From Prorocentrum cordatum (lineage: Eukaryota): a stretch of 56,540 nt of DNA. The notes below the pieces were generated by a model. It saw nothing but the letters and a program-made list of their open reading frames with translations. It made no database searches and was not told where the DNA came from. Positions 53,401 to 56,540 of the stretch are shown here, piece by piece (the stretch's first letter is position 1; each line of letters begins with the position of its first letter). The stretch is from NCBI GenBank assembly GCA_963575745.1, contig CAUYUJ010000087.1, positions 62,001 through 118,540 on the forward strand, read 5' to 3'. The translations under genes were made by a program, and so were the position numbers.

Positions 53401-54527
53401 GGTGCACGTGCGCGAAGATTTCTGCGATCGGCCCTTCGAGCACGTCAAGGCCCGCGCGTCGGCCGTGAGCGTTGCGAGCGTGATCAGATTTCCGCATTCG
53501 ACCGTGACGGTAACAATGCAGCCGACAGATTTGGAAGAAAGGGGCGGCGTTGGCTCGGCCTGCTATCGCCGATGTGGAGTTGGTAGAGGGACGCCAGTTG
53601 ATTGCGAAGCTTGCGGCCAAGTGTTCTGCCCAGCTGTCGGCCTCGATGGCCGCGGCTGGGGTTCGGGGCAATGTCGGTGTAGAACACCTCATGGGAATCG
53701 ACTTGGGGGCTGTTAAGTACAACAGTTTCGACGCCCCTGATGTTCCTGAGGCGGAGTCCAGTGATTCGGCCCCCCCTCCTCCCGAGCCCCCTGCTGGCGC
53801 CGCTGCTGGGGCTCCTCCAGGGCCCGCCCCAGGGGGGGCCCGAGTGGCCCCAGGATACAGGCGCCTAGCCATGGTGGGTGAATGGCCATTGCGTGGTCCA
53901 GACCTCGGTGCCGAATGACTCGCCGATCATTCATTGCCCGACTTGCTGGCAGCATGCGACCACCCCGACGCGGCGAGGCCCCACTGGGACTTGCAAAGGG
54001 CCCAAGCAGATTCCTGGGGGGGCCAGCGCACACTGTCAGGACAAGGCTGAATGAGGGCTTCCAACTCGTTTTGCACCCTCTGGTGGCGCTCGGGCCTTCA
54101 AAGGCCCCGACTGACGAGACCAGGGGCCGTTTCGCCAGGCATTTCGGGGGGGGCCCTGTCGGGGCGGCCGCGGCTCCAAGAGCGCCGAGGGTCGCCCCAT
54201 TTTCGAAGCTAGCCGCGGCTCCGCGCCTCGGCATTGATTCCGCGCTGCTCGCTTTTGGTTCCAGCTCCAGAATAGAAGCTGAAAAGCTCGGTCGACAGGC
54301 GCCCCTGGCTCCTGGATCAAGCTTCTGCCCGGGCCAGGGCGGCGGGCGCCGCGGGCCCAGAGGCTGAGGGGTCAGCTTCTGGGGGGCGGGCGGGAGGCCC
54401 TGTCGGCAGGGCCCGTCAGAGGCGGGTCGCAGCCTAGGGCGGGAACAAAAACTTCTCGCCTGAAGGGCGCCCCCACCCCAATTTGACTCTCTCTCCCTTA
54501 GCTCGCCCTCTATGGGCGGTGAACTTC
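47381..54527 (+). mobile_element. Heavily decayed LINE (APE-RT-RNase H type), flanked by (CCT)n tracts
   Basis: ORF1 relics WWCGCGKNKRSANICFQY and GKGKGDGKG. APE relics ATYNCT, VLQETR, GVAAV, VYL, VGGDW, ALDYF (49710-50280). RT relics FLDKPTGGARP, FLGSKKLYE, VIDD (51390-51960). RNase H relics FTDGS, HVKAR (53100-53460). 3' boundary approximate. Confidence 0.8.
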
Positions 54528-54694
54528 CACCTCCTCCTCTTCCTCCTCCTCCTCCTCCTCCTCCTCCTTCTCCTCCTCCCCCTCCCCCTCCCCTTCCCCT
54601 TCCTCCTCCTCATCCTCCTCCTCCTCATCCTCCTCCTCCCCCTCCTCCTCCTCCTCCTCCTCCTCCTCCTCCTTCTCGTCCTCGTCCTCCTCCG
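54525..54694. repeat. (CCT)n-rich tract
   Basis: Directly visible. Confidence 0.95.
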
Positions 54695-55625
54695 CGTGGC
54701 CTCTGCCACCAAGCTGACCGGGCCTGGGGGGGAGGTGGATTTGAAGCTATTTTCGCCAGGGCGCGCGGCCGAGGTAGCTCGGCGCATGGCCTCGGCAGCC
54801 CCAGACATCCCGGCGCTTAAGAGGCTGGGCTCCTGGGCTTCAGAGCTTCACTGGAGGCCCCTGGACACGGTTTTGCACGACAAGGCTGATAGAGGCCTTT
54901 CTCGACATGAGCGGAATCTGGTCCGTAGTCTGGCCTCGGGCACCCATTGGCCTCAGGCGAGGCTGGCTAAGTATAGAAAATCGGTGTCGGACAAGTGTCT
55001 TCTGCGCGGCTGCAGGTGCACGCTTTTCCACCGTGGGTTGGATTGCCCCTGTTCGGCCGAGCTTCGCAGGACTGAGCTGCCCGCTAGCCTTCGGCAGGCT
55101 GCCTGGAACGTGGCGCGTCTTGGAGAGGATGAGGCCGAAATGTTTTCCAGGTTTGTTCCCCCCCCCCTGAGCGCTGCTTTGGGAAGCCCGAGGGGCCCGA
55201 GGAAAATGGGGTTCGCCTTGTCGGGGCAGCGCATGGATGGCGCTGGGGGGGGGGCGCATCTTTGCTGACGGTTCAGCGTTTCACGCGAAGTTTGGAGCCT
55301 GCAGAAGGGCAGGATGGTCAGCCGCCCAAGTAGACAATGGAGGCAATTTCGTTACCTGTATGTATGGGGCGGTTCCTCGGGGGTGGGGCCCTGATCAGAG
55401 GGTGCGGGGCGGGGGAGATTACGCGTATCACATGCTGGCCAAATTTAGTGAGCCCCCGTGCGTCGGTGATGCTGGGGTGCCGCTGGAAGTTTTCAGCGAT
55501 TGCGCTGGGTCTGTAGCGTGTGCCACCTCCTCGACCACCGCCCTGAGTCCTGACAACTGTCGCCGCCACACGTGGAAGCTGCGGTGGCCCAAAGTTGGAG
55601 ACTCAGCGAGAGTAGCCAAGGTCAG
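54695..55625 (+). pseudogene. 5'-truncated LINE ORF2 fragment (Zn finger + RNase H)
   Basis: GTHWPQARL..DKCLLRG..TLFHR..CP, then IFADGS, RAGWS, MYGAVP, FSDC, VAKVR; begins straight after the CCT tract. Confidence 0.75.
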
Positions 55626-55649
55626 AAAGAGCGTGTTCTACCGCTGCTG

Positions 55650-55905
55650 GCGGAAAACCGGGGGGGGTCACTACCGGTTCGAACCCCATCCCCCCCCCCC
55701 CCCCCCTCCGGAAAACGGGGGGTCACTACCGGTTCGAACCCCTCCCCCCCCCCCCCACACCCTCTGCTCATCATGAAAAGAGGGGGGGGGGGAGGGGCCG
55801 GGGCCGGTTCGAAACACCCCTTCCCGACGTCCCCCCCCCCCCTCCGGATCCGGAAAACCGGAGGGGGTCACTACCGGTTCGAAACCCCCCCTCCCCCTCG
55901 AAAAC
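55650..55905. repeat. Repeated GGAAAAC-GGGGGGTCACTACCGGTTCGAA-CCCC motif with poly-G/poly-C runs
   Basis: Three copies near 55652, 55710 and 55852, plus a partial copy near 55800. Confidence 0.75.
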
Positions 55906-55909
55906 CGAG

Positions 55910-56520
55910 TGGGGGTGCGGACAGTGGTGGGGACGGTGTTGGTGGGGGCAGTGGTGAGGGGATAGCGGGACAGTGGTGGGGACAGTGGGACAGTGGGACA
56001 GTGGTGGGGACGGTAGTGGTGGGGACAGGGGTGGGGACAATGGTGGGAACAGGGGGGGACAGTGGACAGTGGTGGTGACGGTGGTGGTGGGGACAGTGGT
56101 GTGGGGACAATGGGAATGAGGTTGAAACAGTGGGACAGTGGAGGGTACAATGGTGGTGGGGACAGTGGTGAAGGCGGTGGCGAGGACGGCGGTGGGACAA
56201 TGGGACAGAGGTACAGTGGGGACAGTGGTGGGGACAGTGGGGACAGTGGCGGGAACAGTGGGACAGCTCAGTGGGACAGCGGAGGAGTCAGTGGGACAGC
56301 GGGGACAGTGGGGATAGTCGGGCAGTGGTTGGGGCCGTGGAGACAGTGGGGAGAGTGGAACCGTGGTGGGAACAGTTCTGGGGACAGCGGGGACAGTGCG
56401 ACAGTGGTGGGGCCACTGGTGGGGACAGTAGGGCGGTGGTGGAACCAGTGGGGACAGCGGTGGTGAGGACAGTGGTGCTGGGAACACCAGTGGGGGATGT
56501 GATGCGGACGGTGGTGGGGA
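55910..56520. repeat. G-rich (GGGACAGTGGT)-type minisatellite
   Basis: Directly visible; many GGG runs on the + strand. Confidence 0.9.
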
Positions 56521-56540
56521 CCGGGAGTCGTTTGCTGGCG

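Noticed and set aside
55910..56520. Telomeric repeat
   Set aside because: Irregular GGGACAGT units, not the TTTAGGG repeat known for dinoflagellates.

Overview
GC-rich eukaryotic DNA made almost entirely of transposable elements and repeats. It is very probably dinoflagellate: the dinoflagellate spliced leader (DinoSL, DCCGTAGCCATTTTGGCTCAAG) occurs at 9591-9610 and, degenerate and doubled, at 47381-47422. No host gene is confidently identifiable. In order: (1) a decayed Ty1/copia LTR retrotransposon (1-8526) with a cytosine-5 methyltransferase-like domain between protease and integrase; (2) a near-intact 9.2-kb LINE (9591-18767; ORF1 RanBP2-type Zn finger, ORF2 APE-RT-RNase H) that starts with a spliced leader and sits in a (CA)n tract; (3) nested non-coding elements built of ~90-100-bp tandem arrays with inverted ends; (4) the highlight, an apparently intact 15.6-kb tyrosine-recombinase (Ngaro/PAT-type, A1-ORF-B1-A2-B2) retrotransposon (24982-40597). 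Its single 4772-aa ORF reads TM/Cys-His region, gag-like/CCCH, putative OTU-like cysteine protease, C5-DNA methyltransferase, RT, RNase H, a second degenerate methyltransferase, YR, then a dsRBM-like/RRM/ZZ/RS-KG RNA-binding tail; (5) satellites and two copies of a short (CCT)n-tailed retro-fragment; (6) a second, heavily decayed SL-headed LINE (47381-~54527), a third LINE fragment and a G-rich minisatellite. Domain calls are from motif recognition by eye, not database searches.
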